A stretch of DNA of 36,434 nucleotides. Source: Octopus bimaculoides (lineage: Eukaryota). Position 1 is the first letter of the stretch; the number at the start of each line of letters is the position of its first letter. The DNA lies in NCBI RefSeq assembly GCF_001194135.2, contig NC_068986.1, forward strand, positions 82,508,396 through 82,544,829, read 5' to 3'. The notes below the pieces were generated by a model that searched no databases, was not told the origin of the DNA, and saw only the letters and a list, made by a program, of their open reading frames with translations. Shown piece after piece: positions 1-11,230 of the stretch. The position numbers were made by a program, and so were the translations under genes.

Positions 1-41
1 GGGGAGTGCGTTCGTTAATATTTTTATTTTTATTTAAATAG

Positions 42-57
42 AATAATAATAATAATA

Positions 58-124
<67 letters not shown>
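42..124. repeat. (AAT)6 followed by a long (ATT)n microsatellite (strand-switched junction)
   Basis: Read directly; palindrome centre at 58/59. Confidence 0.95.
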
Positions 125-126
<2 letters not shown>

Positions 127-832
127 ATAAATTAACGTATATACGAATAAAGGATAAGAATAAAGATTGACAATAAATAATGAAAGTAATAAAATATATT
201 AATAATAAAAGTAAATAACCTAAAAATGAAATAAAAAGTTTGTTTACAAAACATGGATGTCCATGGCCCATTTTGGTTTACGTGTGACTGTATGTTCATG
301 TGTTTATATGTGTGCTCGTATGTGTATATACGTATGTTTACTGCCTAAGATAATTTATGCGCACGTATGTGTGTATATGTATCGGCATAAGGTAATTGAA
401 TATAAGTATGGATGTCATCGTTTTTGCATGTGTTTGTGTGTGCGTGTGTGTTTATAGATCCTTATTACTCAAGTTGCCTTATTAGTGCGTAAGTGTGAAT
501 GTATATTAGTAAAAGGTTATCGAATATTCCTATAACTATATATGCATTTATAGGTTTGGATATTCATAGCCCGTTTCAGTTTATGTATGACTATTTATGT
601 GTGTGTATAGAGATGTTTACAGTTTAAATTGTTTTATGTGTGCGTAAGTGTGTATGTATGTTAGTAACGTGTAATGAAGTCAAATCAGTTTGTTAATATA
701 CATATATACTCCCGTATATGCTTTTAGCTAATTCATTAAGAAGTCAATCATAAAAGTCAATCGTAATTATTATAATATGAAACAGTAATATAATTAGTCA
801 AGTAATTATATTTGTATTTAGTTATTGATTCA

Positions 833-1029
833 TACTCTTTTACTCATCTGACTGTGGCCATGCTGGAGCACCGCCTTTAGTCGAGAAAATCGACCCCGGG
901 ACTTATTCTTTGTAAGCCTAGTACTTATTCTATCGGTCGCTTTTTGCTGAAACGCTAAGTTACGGGGACGTAAACACACCAGCATCGGTTGTCAAGCGAT
1001 GGTGGGGAGACAAACGCAGACACACACAN
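833..1029 (-). mobile_element. 3' half of a tRNA-derived SINE with internal microsatellite; 5' half probably hidden in gap 1030-1813
   Basis: Reverse complement (...CGCTTGACAACCGATGCTGGTGTGTTTACGTCCCCGTAAC...CCAGCATGGCCACAGTC...) aligns with the 3' halves of the copies at 17294-17728 and 21051-21325. Confidence 0.85.
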
Positions 1030-2080
1030 NNNNNNNNNNNNNNNNNNNNNNNNNNNNNNNNNNNNNNNNNNNNNNNNNNNNNNNNNNNNNNNNNNNNNNN
1101 NNNNNNNNNNNNNNNNNNNNNNNNNNNNNNNNNNNNNNNNNNNNNNNNNNNNNNNNNNNNNNNNNNNNNNNNNNNNNNNNNNNNNNNNNNNNNNNNNNNN
1201 NNNNNNNNNNNNNNNNNNNNNNNNNNNNNNNNNNNNNNNNNNNNNNNNNNNNNNNNNNNNNNNNNNNNNNNNNNNNNNNNNNNNNNNNNNNNNNNNNNNN
1301 NNNNNNNNNNNNNNNNNNNNNNNNNNNNNNNNNNNNNNNNNNNNNNNNNNNNNNNNNNNNNNNNNNNNNNNNNNNNNNNNNNNNNNNNNNNNNNNNNNNN
1401 NNNNNNNNNNNNNNNNNNNNNNNNNNNNNNNNNNNNNNNNNNNNNNNNNNNNNNNNNNNNNNNNNNNNNNNNNNNNNNNNNNNNNNNNNNNNNNNNNNNN
1501 NNNNNNNNNNNNNNNNNNNNNNNNNNNNNNNNNNNNNNNNNNNNNNNNNNNNNNNNNNNNNNNNNNNNNNNNNNNNNNNNNNNNNNNNNNNNNNNNNNNN
1601 NNNNNNNNNNNNNNNNNNNNNNNNNNNNNNNNNNNNNNNNNNNNNNNNNNNNNNNNNNNNNNNNNNNNNNNNNNNNNNNNNNNNNNNNNNNNNNNNNNNN
1701 NNNNNNNNNNNNNNNNNNNNNNNNNNNNNNNNNNNNNNNNNNNNNNNNNNNNNNNNNNNNNNNNNNNNNNNNNNNNNNNNNNNNNNNNNNNNNNNNNNNN
1801 NNNNNNNNNNNNNATATATATATATATATATATATATAATGTGTGTGTGTGTGTAATTACCAGTATATGATACTCTATTGATACATATATTGTGTCCTCT
1901 TATAATACTTTTAGATCGTTTTCGAATGAAAATCGGTGGGGGAGAAGTTGTCATCATATTGTTAGTAAAAGTCTCCACAAAACTAATTAAGCATTCATTA
2001 TTCGTTGGTGTTTTAATAGAATTAGTTCCTATCTAAAAAAAAACATGACGACACACACCTAAATAGGCAGACTGACAGAC

Positions 2081-2375
2081 ACATACATACATACATACAT
2101 ACATACATACATACATACATACATACGTACGTACGTACGTACGTACGTACGTAGGTAGGTAGGTAGGTAGGTAGGTAGGTAGGTGGATGGGTAGGTAGGT
2201 AGGTAGGTAGGTAGGTAGGTAGGTGGGTGGGTAGGTAGGTGGATGGGTAGGTAGGTAGGTAGGTAGGTAGGTAGGTAGGTAGGTAGGTAGGTGGGTGGGT
2301 GGGTAGGTAGGTGGGTGGGTAGGTAGGTAGGTAGGTAGGTGGGTAGGTAGGTAGGTAGGTAGGTAGGTAGGTAGG
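2081..2375. repeat. Compound tetranucleotide microsatellite (TACA)n-(TACG)n-(TAGG)n with TGGG/TGGA variants
   Basis: Read directly. Confidence 0.95.
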
Positions 2376-2443
2376 TCACAGTGGTGTGAAACTGAAGCCA
2401 CGAATATATTCAATGGCAGTAAACTATATATACATATATACCT

Positions 2444-2840
<397 letters not shown>

Positions 2841-3507
2841 CATATATGTGATGGGAAAGAAATAAGAGCTACAATACAATGTTAATAGTCATCAACAACA
2901 AAGCAGAACTATAAGATATTCTTCAAAGTATAGTCTGTTACCTGTTGTATTATGCTATTATAATCTTCAAAGAATCTCTGGGAATTCTAAATTGTTCAAA
3001 GACAATTGATTTAAAGATGTTTCTTTCTTTATTCAAAGTTGTTTTCTGAAGCTGGTTAAGTAAGGAAAACAGAAGTGATATTGATTACTGACAAATGTAT
3101 AAAGCTACAAATTTCATGAGGAGTAAACAGACGGGGATATCGACCTCAGTACTTGACCTTGATATGTTTGAACTCAGAATGTAAAGAGATGCGACTAAAT
3201 TCCACAAAGCTTTGCCTATTCATGCATTCACCGCCCCGAGAGTAGAAGTGATAATATTAGAATCAAGCTCTACGTAAATGTCCCAATATATCTTGAAACA
3301 TAAAGGAAAAGAAAGCGAAAATGCTCAAATAAAGATACATTGGTAGAGTATCACTTAAATGAATACTTCTGTAAGAATTATGAGCTATTTGCCTTCCTTA
3401 CATACTGATATTGTTGATCGTTAGTCTTTCTACACAACCGAACTAAATCATTATTCTTTCTATATTTTTTTAAATAAAAGAATAAAAGAATATAATTTCA
3501 GTTATAA

Positions 3508-3678
3508 CGGCAGTGATTTGGCAGAATCGTTACAGCCTTGGAAATAAATGTCTTGCAGTATCTGTCCCGGCTCTTTAAGTTATCAATTCAATTTCTGCCA
3601 AGATTAGCATTGCCTTTCATCTTTAAGAGTCAATAAAGTAAGTATCAGATTAGCACTGGGATCGGTGTAATGGACTTC
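3508..3678 (+). mobile_element. Diverged tRNA-derived SINE (second family, GGCAGAATCGTTA...TTGCCTTTCATC core)
   Basis: Shares GGCAGAATCGTTA, TTGCCTTTCATC and AATAAAGTAAGTA...CACTGGG with the copy at 12871-13060. Further degenerate minus-strand fragments lie near 3135-3240 and 3890-4005. Confidence 0.6.
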
Positions 3679-4120
3679 NNNNNNNNNNAACTACCGGTCT
3701 TATGACAAAATTAGAAAGAATTGTTTCAATCATTTTTAATATCTCTAAATCATTTTACTTATTAAAATGCTTTAATTTATAAATGGGTGAATTTATGAAT
3801 TGGTGAATATTATTCAGACAGGCTTGCAAAGCAATCTTGGAGACATTCTTCGAGTTATTTCAGATACGTTTGATCCTGTTTGTGTTATACCATTTACCTA
3901 TCCTGAACTGGTACCTTTTTATCGAAGAGATGAAAAGTTGACCTTCAGGGATTTTAACTGAATGAGCAAAATATCGGAACAAATAACGCAGGGCATTCTA
4001 TCAGGTACACAAAACAGATACCACGCATTGTTTATGGTTCTCCATGGCTACTCACGCATATCAGCTTTGTTATAAATATTGTGGTTCATATTAAAGAAAT
4101 CGGTGCGGTAGATATCGTTT

Positions 4121-4168
4121 GACCGTGTTGGAAATGGTCGTTGCAACATTTCCATTTCCAACACGGTC
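4121..4168. repeat. Perfect 17-bp inverted repeat GACCGTGTTGGAAATGG / CCATTTCCAACACGGTC with a 14-nt spacer containing GTTGCAAC
   Basis: Arms 4121-4137 and 4152-4168 are exact reverse complements. Confidence 0.9.
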
Positions 4169-6059
4169 GCTACTACTACTACAACCAACAAAAAATGCTC
4201 CCACGTGGACTATTGACACCAGTAAGGAACAATTATGAACTTTTCATTTAATTTCATTTTTTTAAATATGTATTTTTTATAAGGTTCGTTTTTTCAAGAA
4301 CCGAAACATGTTAAAAGTATCTCTGACAAAATTATAAATTAAAATTCATTTTCTATATATTGGCGTTTTCAAACTTCTTTTATATATNNNNNNNNNNNNN
4401 NNNNNNNNNNNNNNNNNNNNNNNNNNNNNNNNNNNNNNNNNNNNNNNNNNNNNNNNNNNNNNNNNNNNNNNNNNNNNNNNNNNNNNNNNNNNNNNNNNNN
4501 NNNNNNNNNNNNNNNNNNNNNNNNNNNNNNNNNNNNNNNNNNNNNNNNNNNNNNNNNNNNNNNNNNNNNNNNNNNNNNNNNNNNNNNNNNNNNNNNNNNN
4601 NNNNNNNNNNNNNNNNNNNNNNNNNNNNNNNNNNNNNNNNNNNNNNNNNNNNNNNNNNNNNNNNNNNNNNNNNNNNNNNNNNNNNNNNNNNNNNNNNNNN
4701 NNNNNNNNNNNNNNNNNNNNNNNNNNNNNNNATATATATATATATATATATATAGTGGTGGATATAGCTAAGCATAAAGTTAGCTTCGCTAAGCGCTAAT
4801 TCGGTAACTAAAGAAGTTAACTTCGTAAACGCTAAACTGCCAAACAGTTAAAAAAATTAGTGGAAGCTAATGATAACTGATAACCGCTAACTGTTATCAT
4901 ATGAATTTAGCTTCGGTTTGGTTTTTTGGCCCTAAAACCCTTAAAAACAGACCTAGAAAGCTGAAATTTTCATGTTGTAGCTTAGACATACAGCTTTCCA
5001 AAAAGGTATAACATGCCAGGATTAGATGATAATCAAGGTGTACGCAAATAGTTAAATGAACAAATGAAATTAAACATTAGTTTTGCAGTTCACATACACT
5101 TTATTTACTGTGCAAAAAAGTATTAAATGAATCAAAAAAGTATAGAATAGCATAGGTATCATGCCAAGATTAGATGATGATCAAGGTGTACTACTTTGGC
5201 TGGGCCGTCTCCATCACCTCGGCGTGATGCTGGTTGCCCTTCATAAACATCAGCCTCTCAAAGTTACCATCTGACAGGGTGGCTCTCTTTGCCTATTGAG
5301 AATAGGCGCTCAACTGCAGCACTGGATGGGATGGCGGTGTTATATTTGGTGAACTGATCGATCAAGACATGCTCACCAAAAAAGGCAACATCAGTCAGGA
5401 CCTCCTTCAAGACGGCCTCCAGTCAGGCCTTCACCAAGTTCTGCGCCTTGGACATCAGTGACCTGTTGTTCCTGTTCTCCCGGAACCGATTGATGTTACC
5501 GAAGAAATCATCTTCCTCATCTTCATTGCTGGTGGTGCTGCTGCCCTCCTTATTGGTCTCCATTAGGGCTGGCTCTACGACGGTATCCATGGCATTCGTT
5601 ACTCTGTTAACCTGGCTGTTATTATACTGCTCCAGCCAGAACAGGCGAGACTTGGGGTGGAAGGCAGCGGCCAGGTGGCGCTCCAAGTCTTCTAGGAGGA
5701 GCTCAAACCTCTTCGTGATGCCTCCTTCAACTTTATGACGGTAGACGCTACAGTTGGCAGAAGGCTCCCGAGAGAGGTCTGGTCCCCTCCCTGGATTTTA
5801 TCCAAGGCCTTGGCAACATTAGACATTACCTGGGAGTACTCCGTCAGGAAGCCGACATCAGAATCAGCTGTGTCATCATCATGTGGACAGCTCTCCTATT
5901 CTTCTCCAGCAGGTTGTTGACAACAGCAGAGTCATAGTAGAGTTCTATCTGGTACTGTTGGGGACCACACGCCTCCTCTTCAACGCATTCAGAATACTGT
6001 CTGCCGCCACCGTGCTGCACATTATTCAATTTGTTGACTGAACACTATTCAATTTTTTT

Positions 6060-6221
6060 TCTCCGTGTTTTTCTCCTTGTCTCCGTATTCTTTCTGTTGA
6101 AGAGCGTAGCTCGAAACGTCAAAGACTTTCCGTATTCCCGAGCGTCATACTAATATATACTTTTGTTATTTACACCACCTGTCCTCGTCTGTTGTTATTA
6201 TTTGTATATTCTCCCATATAT
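6060..6221 (+). mobile_element. Penelope-like 3' terminal (pLTR-type) fragment nested in the hAT element, ending in (AT)n at a gap
   Basis: Carries a minimal hammerhead motif, is unrelated to the transposase sequence it interrupts, and runs into ATATAT before the N gap. Confidence 0.55.
6089..6125 (+). ncRNA. Minimal type I hammerhead ribozyme motif (variant core)
   Basis: TCTTT (stem I) CTGTTGA A GAGC-GTA-GCTC (stem II) GAAA CG TC (palindromic ACGT stem III, GUC cleavage triplet) AAAGA (stem I). Core position 6 is U instead of A. Confidence 0.7.
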
Positions 6222-7558
6222 NNNNNNNNNNNNNNNNNNNNNNNNNNNNNNNNNNNNNNNNNNNNNNNNNNNNNNNNNNNNNNNNNNNNNNNNNNNNNNN
6301 NNNNNNNNNNNNNNNNNNNNNNNNNNNNNNNNNNNNNNNNNNNNNNNACATACCGCATATTATATATTGTGAAATTTGTTTTAATTACTTATTATACATT
6401 TTATTACATTAGTAAAGGGAATAATTATTCAATAAACAGTTAAATAATTAAATGAAATTAAGAAAATATGAAGTACGCCATGATAATAATTTAATAAACT
6501 TACATAATTTTAATTTATAAATACCGTGTAAGATACTCCTCCTGTTTATAGCGGGTCAAGATCATCCTGCCAAGAGTGCGGTGGGACATCGACATCTTAC
6601 TGGCGTTCAGAGTCGTGATTAGGCCGACAAAGGTAGGAGACTCCACTACATGAAGCAGTAGCATGTTGTCGACAAACAGGTCTACAATCCCGCTGTCCAC
6701 CATTAACTGGCGGACGCCAATGCCAACAGTTTGGGCAAACGCTCGCCAATGCTGGGCTGACATGCTTTCTTTGCACATGGCTGCGATGACTGGTTACTAG
6801 CACTGCAACTATAATATTGTCTGAGTTTCCCACGGCAAGAACAGGCCTTGATCTTCTCCTCAAACTGGATAGCATGCGCTGGATGTTTCCTCTCGACATA
6901 CGAGTTCAAATTGTAGAAGCTCGCCGCTTGTCCTTTGATAGTGGTCTCCTTGGGCTGGCACATGATGCACCGGAAGTACAGGATTTTGGCGTTCCTCTTA
7001 TCTCTTGACGTAAGGACAAAGTAGTCCTCCAGGTGGGGGTGCGGGTTCCGAGACTCCTGGCTCTCAACCTGAGCGACATCTGCCTCACCCACAGCCGTTG
7101 CAGACTTCTCAACAGGCCCTTCATCCTCAGGCCGAACAAAAACGTCTTTACCTTCCATAACGATAAGCGATACCTTGATAAGCCGATAACTTATACTGCT
7201 GTCGCTGATACTGTAAGACTGTCTGTAATATGACAACGTTGTAAGTGAACACAACTCAAAACTGCAGAATTACACAATGCTGCTTAGCTACATGCTGCTG
7301 CTTCGACCAATCACGTTTTGTCACGTGTACACGTAGTCAGCCAATAGCGTGCTTGACGGATTCTTCGAGACACGCCGACAACAGACAGGAACAAACGTAT
7401 GAATTTTGTTATCGGATTTAAAGTTAGCGAAACTATATTTAGCGGAAGCTAATTGGTCCAGAAACTGTTCCAAAAGTTAGCAAAAACGCTAATCCGCTAA
7501 ATGAAAAGTTAGCCTCGCTGATTAGCTGTGAGCAGATTAGCGGACCCGTGCTCACGAC

Positions 7559-7598
<40 letters not shown>

Positions 7599-8073
7599 NN
7601 NNNNNNNNNNNNNNNNNNNNNNNNNNNNNNNNNNNNNNNNNNNNNNNNNNNNNNNNNNNNNNNNNNNNNNNNNNNNNNNNNNNNNNNNNNNNNNNNNNNN
7701 NNNNNNNNNNNNNNNNNNNNNNNNNNNNNNNNNNNNNNNNNNNNNNNNNNNNNNNNNNNNNNNNNNNNNNNNNNNNNNNNNNNNNNNNNNNNNNNNNNNN
7801 NNNNNNNNNNNNNNNNNNNNNNNNNNNNNNNNNNNNNNNNNNNNNNNNNNNNNNNNNNNNNNNNNNNNNNNNNNNNNNNNNNNNNNNNNNNNNNNNNNNN
7901 NNNNNNNNNNNNNNNNNNNNNNNNNNNNNNNNNNNNNNNNNNNNNNNNNNNNNNNNNNNNNNNNNNNNNNNNNNNNNNNNNNNNNNNNNNNNNNNNNNNN
8001 NNNNNNNNNNNNNNNNNNNNNNNNNNNNNNNNNNNNNNNNNNNNNNNNNNNNNATATATATATATATATATAC

Positions 8074-8220
8074 GACGGGCTTCTTTCAGTTTCCGTCTAC
8101 CAAATCCACTCACATGGCTTTGGTTAGCCCGATGATATAGGAGAAGACATTTACCCAAGGTATCACACAGTGGGACTGAACCCGAAACCATGTAGTTAGG
8201 AAGCAAGCTTCTTACCACAC
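8074..8220 (-). mobile_element. 5' half (tRNA-like head) of the SINE family with internal microsatellite
   Basis: Reverse complement GTGTGGTAAGAAGCTTGCTTCC...GGTTTCGGGTTCAGTCCCACTG...GGTAGACGGAAACTGAAAGAAGCCCGTCGTATATA aligns with 17294-17455. Confidence 0.85.
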
Positions 8221-8348
8221 ACATATATATATAATACTTATAATAGTACAGAAAACAGATGGTGTAAAAGCACATAAGATTCAATTAAAACCTCTTCATG
8301 TTCACAGTTTAAAGCAAACTCCCCAGATATTATAATCTTTGGACAATA

Positions 8349-8565
8349 CGAGGGAGTGCTGAAAAGTTCCTGACTTTGAGTAAAAGAAAATACAGAAGGC
8401 TCAGTTAATTATGATTTTATTCAACATATACACCTCTCAGATACACACACTTATTGCAACGGTCCTTCAGCTTTTCTAAGCCCTGTAAAAGAAATGGAAA
8501 TGTTGGGCCTCCAGCCAGTCCTTTCGCGATACCTTTAAAACCAATAACTTTTCAGCAACCCCTTA
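8349..8565. mobile_element. Mariner-family internally deleted derivative (MITE)
   Basis: TA|CGAGGGAGTGCTGAAAAGTT at left and AACTTTTCAGCAACCCCTTA|TA at right: an imperfect 20-bp TIR with TA target duplication, typical of mariner ends. Confidence 0.8.
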
Positions 8566-8948
8566 TATTTTGTAGATTCTAGTGGGTATCGCGACTCCTG
8601 TTGTACAAATATTCTCTCAAGAGTTATAAAAAACCATCCAAGTAGAGATGCCTTAAAATGGAAATATATTAGATGATGGAACAACTTGTTTAAATCGTAA
8701 CTGGTTCATTGGATTTCTTTATAAAATAGTGAGGTGATGTAAAATCCATACCAATGTTCACTCAATAGAATAAGACAAGATAAAACACGTAATTTACATA
8801 AGACCACCTCAATAGAATAGATCGATTGTACGCAGTGTATATCGAACCAAGGCTCTCCTAACTCATGAAAATCGTCATCACAACAATATTCTACTTAAAC
8901 CCTCTTGTTCTAATTATCCAGTCAACCAACACAGCTCATTCTCTAACT

Positions 8949-9209
8949 CATTGGTTCCCAAACTTTTTCAGGCTGCTGCCCCCCTTAGCACACGGGCCAC
9001 ATTCCTACTTCCCCCACCCCCTCACAAGCATAGACCATTTTCTGCAGTAAATTCAAAACAACTGCATTTCATAAATAAAACTTGACCTAATTAACCCATT
9101 ATTTTGGGACTTTTTTTTACTCCTATCGCCACTTTTGGCCACCCCATTCTCATCTCACTTTTGTTCCATGCCCCCTGGACTTTTTTAACGCTCCCTTTGG
9201 GAATGACTG
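8949..9209. mobile_element. hAT (Charlie-like) MITE, 261 bp
   Basis: TIRs CATTGGTTCCCAAA / reverse complement CAGTCATTCCCAAA; perfect 8-bp TSD CTCTAACT at 8941-8948 and 9210-9217. Confidence 0.88.
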
Positions 9210-9218
9210 CTCTAACTC

Positions 9219-9540
9219 AATACCATCCTATTACAATAGCATAACTCCTAACAACGTATATTCCACTTAAGATCTTCAGTAACACAACCGTAGTAGAACA
9301 TGCTCAGCTGAAGACCCTCAATAACACAACTTTTTCAACACGTAGTCTAACTGAAGACTCTTCCATCACAATAGCATGACTCCAACATTGTATAGTTTTC
9401 TTAAGCTACTCAGTAACACAATCTTAGCATCACATATTCTGTTCAAGGTACTCAGTAACACAATTATCACAATACATACACTAATTCAATATCCTCCCAT
9501 TACAATACCACGAACCCATAATATATATATTCTACTTAAG
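9219..9540. repeat. Degenerate minisatellite with 42/43/49-50-bp subunits forming a ~134-bp higher-order period
   Basis: Subunits start at 9219, 9269, 9311, 9354, 9403, 9445, 9488 and 9538, with a shared AAG...TCAGTAACACAA motif. Confidence 0.65.
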
Positions 9541-10143
9541 AGACCCACTTGTTCATCACAAAGGATTGTAAACTCGAAAAGTTTGAGGAACTAAATACCG
9601 AAGGGATTTAGTTGAGATAATTTTTGTTGACATGTTTTAGAATGTTCCGAGTAGTTTTGATCGTCTGACTGTTCCAATAAAATATTGAGTAATATTACTT
9701 CCAATTTGCTAAGAATTATTTATTATTCATTTTGTAATGTTAGCCGCACCGAGTTATCAAAACCAGAGATTTTACCCAGAAGCTTTGTAAAGTTTCGTAG
9801 CAATTTATGTCCAAATCTCGCTCGCTTGTCTTGAAGTGAGTTATATGAAATAATTTCCCACGGGGGTATATTTCCCAGAATCCCATCACATAAAAAATTA
9901 ATTCTCTAATCAGACTTTCGGCTTTCCTCAGGAAACGTTTTATTCCCCACTAAAGTCTATTCCTGGAAACAGCACCATTTTAGCATTTTAGATTCAATCT
10001 TACTTTATTACTATTGCAAAAAGTTTTTTGCTTATTCCAAAGACTGCCAAATTACTTGGAATTCTTCTCATTTTTGTGGATAGAATGGAACAAGAATTTT
10101 TCTTGAAAACAAAACAATAAAACAGAAATTCTCTTCATAGGAT

Positions 10144-10164
10144 TTCTTCTTCTTCTTCTTCTTC

Positions 10165-10245
<81 letters not shown>

Positions 10246-10247
10246 CT

Positions 10248-10295
<48 letters not shown>

Positions 10296-10320
10296 GTCGT
10301 CGTCGTCGTTGTTGTTGTTA
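10144..10320. repeat. Compound trinucleotide microsatellite TTC-TTA-CTA-CCA-TCA-TCG-TTG
   Basis: Read directly, all in one register. Confidence 0.95.
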
Positions 10321-10521
10321 ACTGCAGCTTCTTACTTGTTCCGTTTATACAGGTGATAAGTAAAAAGCAGTGCTGCTGCTTATTTCTTCCTTTATAATCG
10401 AATACCAGAAATGGTTCTATCGACAGCACATAGAAGTTCGTCTTTATACTGAGTCAAAAGAATTCAAACATTAAATTAGAAAAATGAAAATTAATTCGCA
10501 ACTGAAGCTTTGTTGTTGTTT

Positions 10522-10640
10522 TTTTTAGATCCAGTTCATCCCTGATTGAGCAAGCCTGTGACCAAATGCATTCCAGACATATCAGTCTATTCTTTTGTCA
10601 GTGTGTATCTAGGCTACATTATGGAATGTGTTCCTCTCTT
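10522..10640 (+). mobile_element. Fragment of an ancient dispersed repeat family (related copies at about 33190-33910 minus and 35645-35740 plus)
   Basis: Shared CCAG...CTGAT.GAG...TGA.CAAA...TGTATCTAGG.CTACATTAT motifs among copies in the window. Confidence 0.5.
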
Positions 10641-11230
10641 TTCAAGATAGATCTAATCTGTGACCCGTTTTAATACGGCTAGTTAGTCGATGGCTTCATT
10701 TACAAGAGTCCTCTTCTTCAGACCAGGTCACCGCTTCGGGAATAACTGTATACTTGATGCAATGTTTCCCACTGTGAAGATTTCCTTCACCTTCTGCCCC
10801 TACACCAAGGTCATGACCGCTGCCAGCCAGCTGCCCTCCACCCTTCACCACCTCTGGTTCGGCCATTAAAATGGAATTTTATCTATTTCATTTTAGTAGG
10901 CAAGATAAGGGGGGAGTTGTGAAGTTCATGCATTTCTAAGGTGACGCATGTGATAAAAAATCTGTGTCAACCAAGAATAGAAACCGTTTAATTGCTGAAG
11001 TTTTGCTTTGAGACTCTCACTATCAATGGAAACATATATTTTATAAATTACTTTCATAGTATACAATCCAACAGTATTTCTTCCAACTTTTTTCTGAGTT
11101 CAAATCCCGCAGGTACCAACTTTGCCTTTCATCTTTTCAGGATCAGTTAAATTGCTAGTCAAGTATTAAAATCAATCTAATCGCTTAGCCCCCTCACGGT
11201 AATATTGAAAGCTTTCTGCCAAACTTTGAA

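Larger units (their letters stand above)
5191..7210 (-). pseudogene. hAT transposase pseudogene (BED finger, dimerisation region, insertion domain, hATC C-terminus; catalytic core not visible)
   Basis: BED-like FRCIMCQP...NLNSYVERKHP; VDSGIVDLFVDNMLLLHVVESPTF...SHRTLGR; VPNSTR*NS; FLTEYSQVMSNVAKALDKIQGG...LLPT; LAAAFHPK; KYNTAIPSSAAVERLFSIG; LSDGNFERLMFMKGN. Multiple stops and frameshifts. Confidence 0.9.
4753..7560 (-). mobile_element. Decayed hAT (Ac/hobo/Tol2-like) DNA transposon inserted in a (TA)n microsatellite
   Basis: Termini TAGTGGTG (4753) and CAGTCGTG (reverse complement of 7553-7560). Both subterminal regions are packed with GCTAA/TTAGC motifs. Flanks TATATATA / TACATATA are compatible with an 8-bp TSD. 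Internal transposase relic. Confidence 0.85.

Noticed and set aside
9219-9540. CRISPR-like repeat/spacer appearance
   Set aside because: Eukaryotic context, degenerate repeats, related rather than unique spacers, and no cas genes.
10691-10725. Minus-strand TGGT-CTGAAGA-AGAGGACTCT-TGTAAATGAA-GCCA hammerhead-like relic (also CTGAGGA...GAAA near 9915-9935)
   Set aside because: GAAA is interrupted or stem II cannot form; too degenerate to call.
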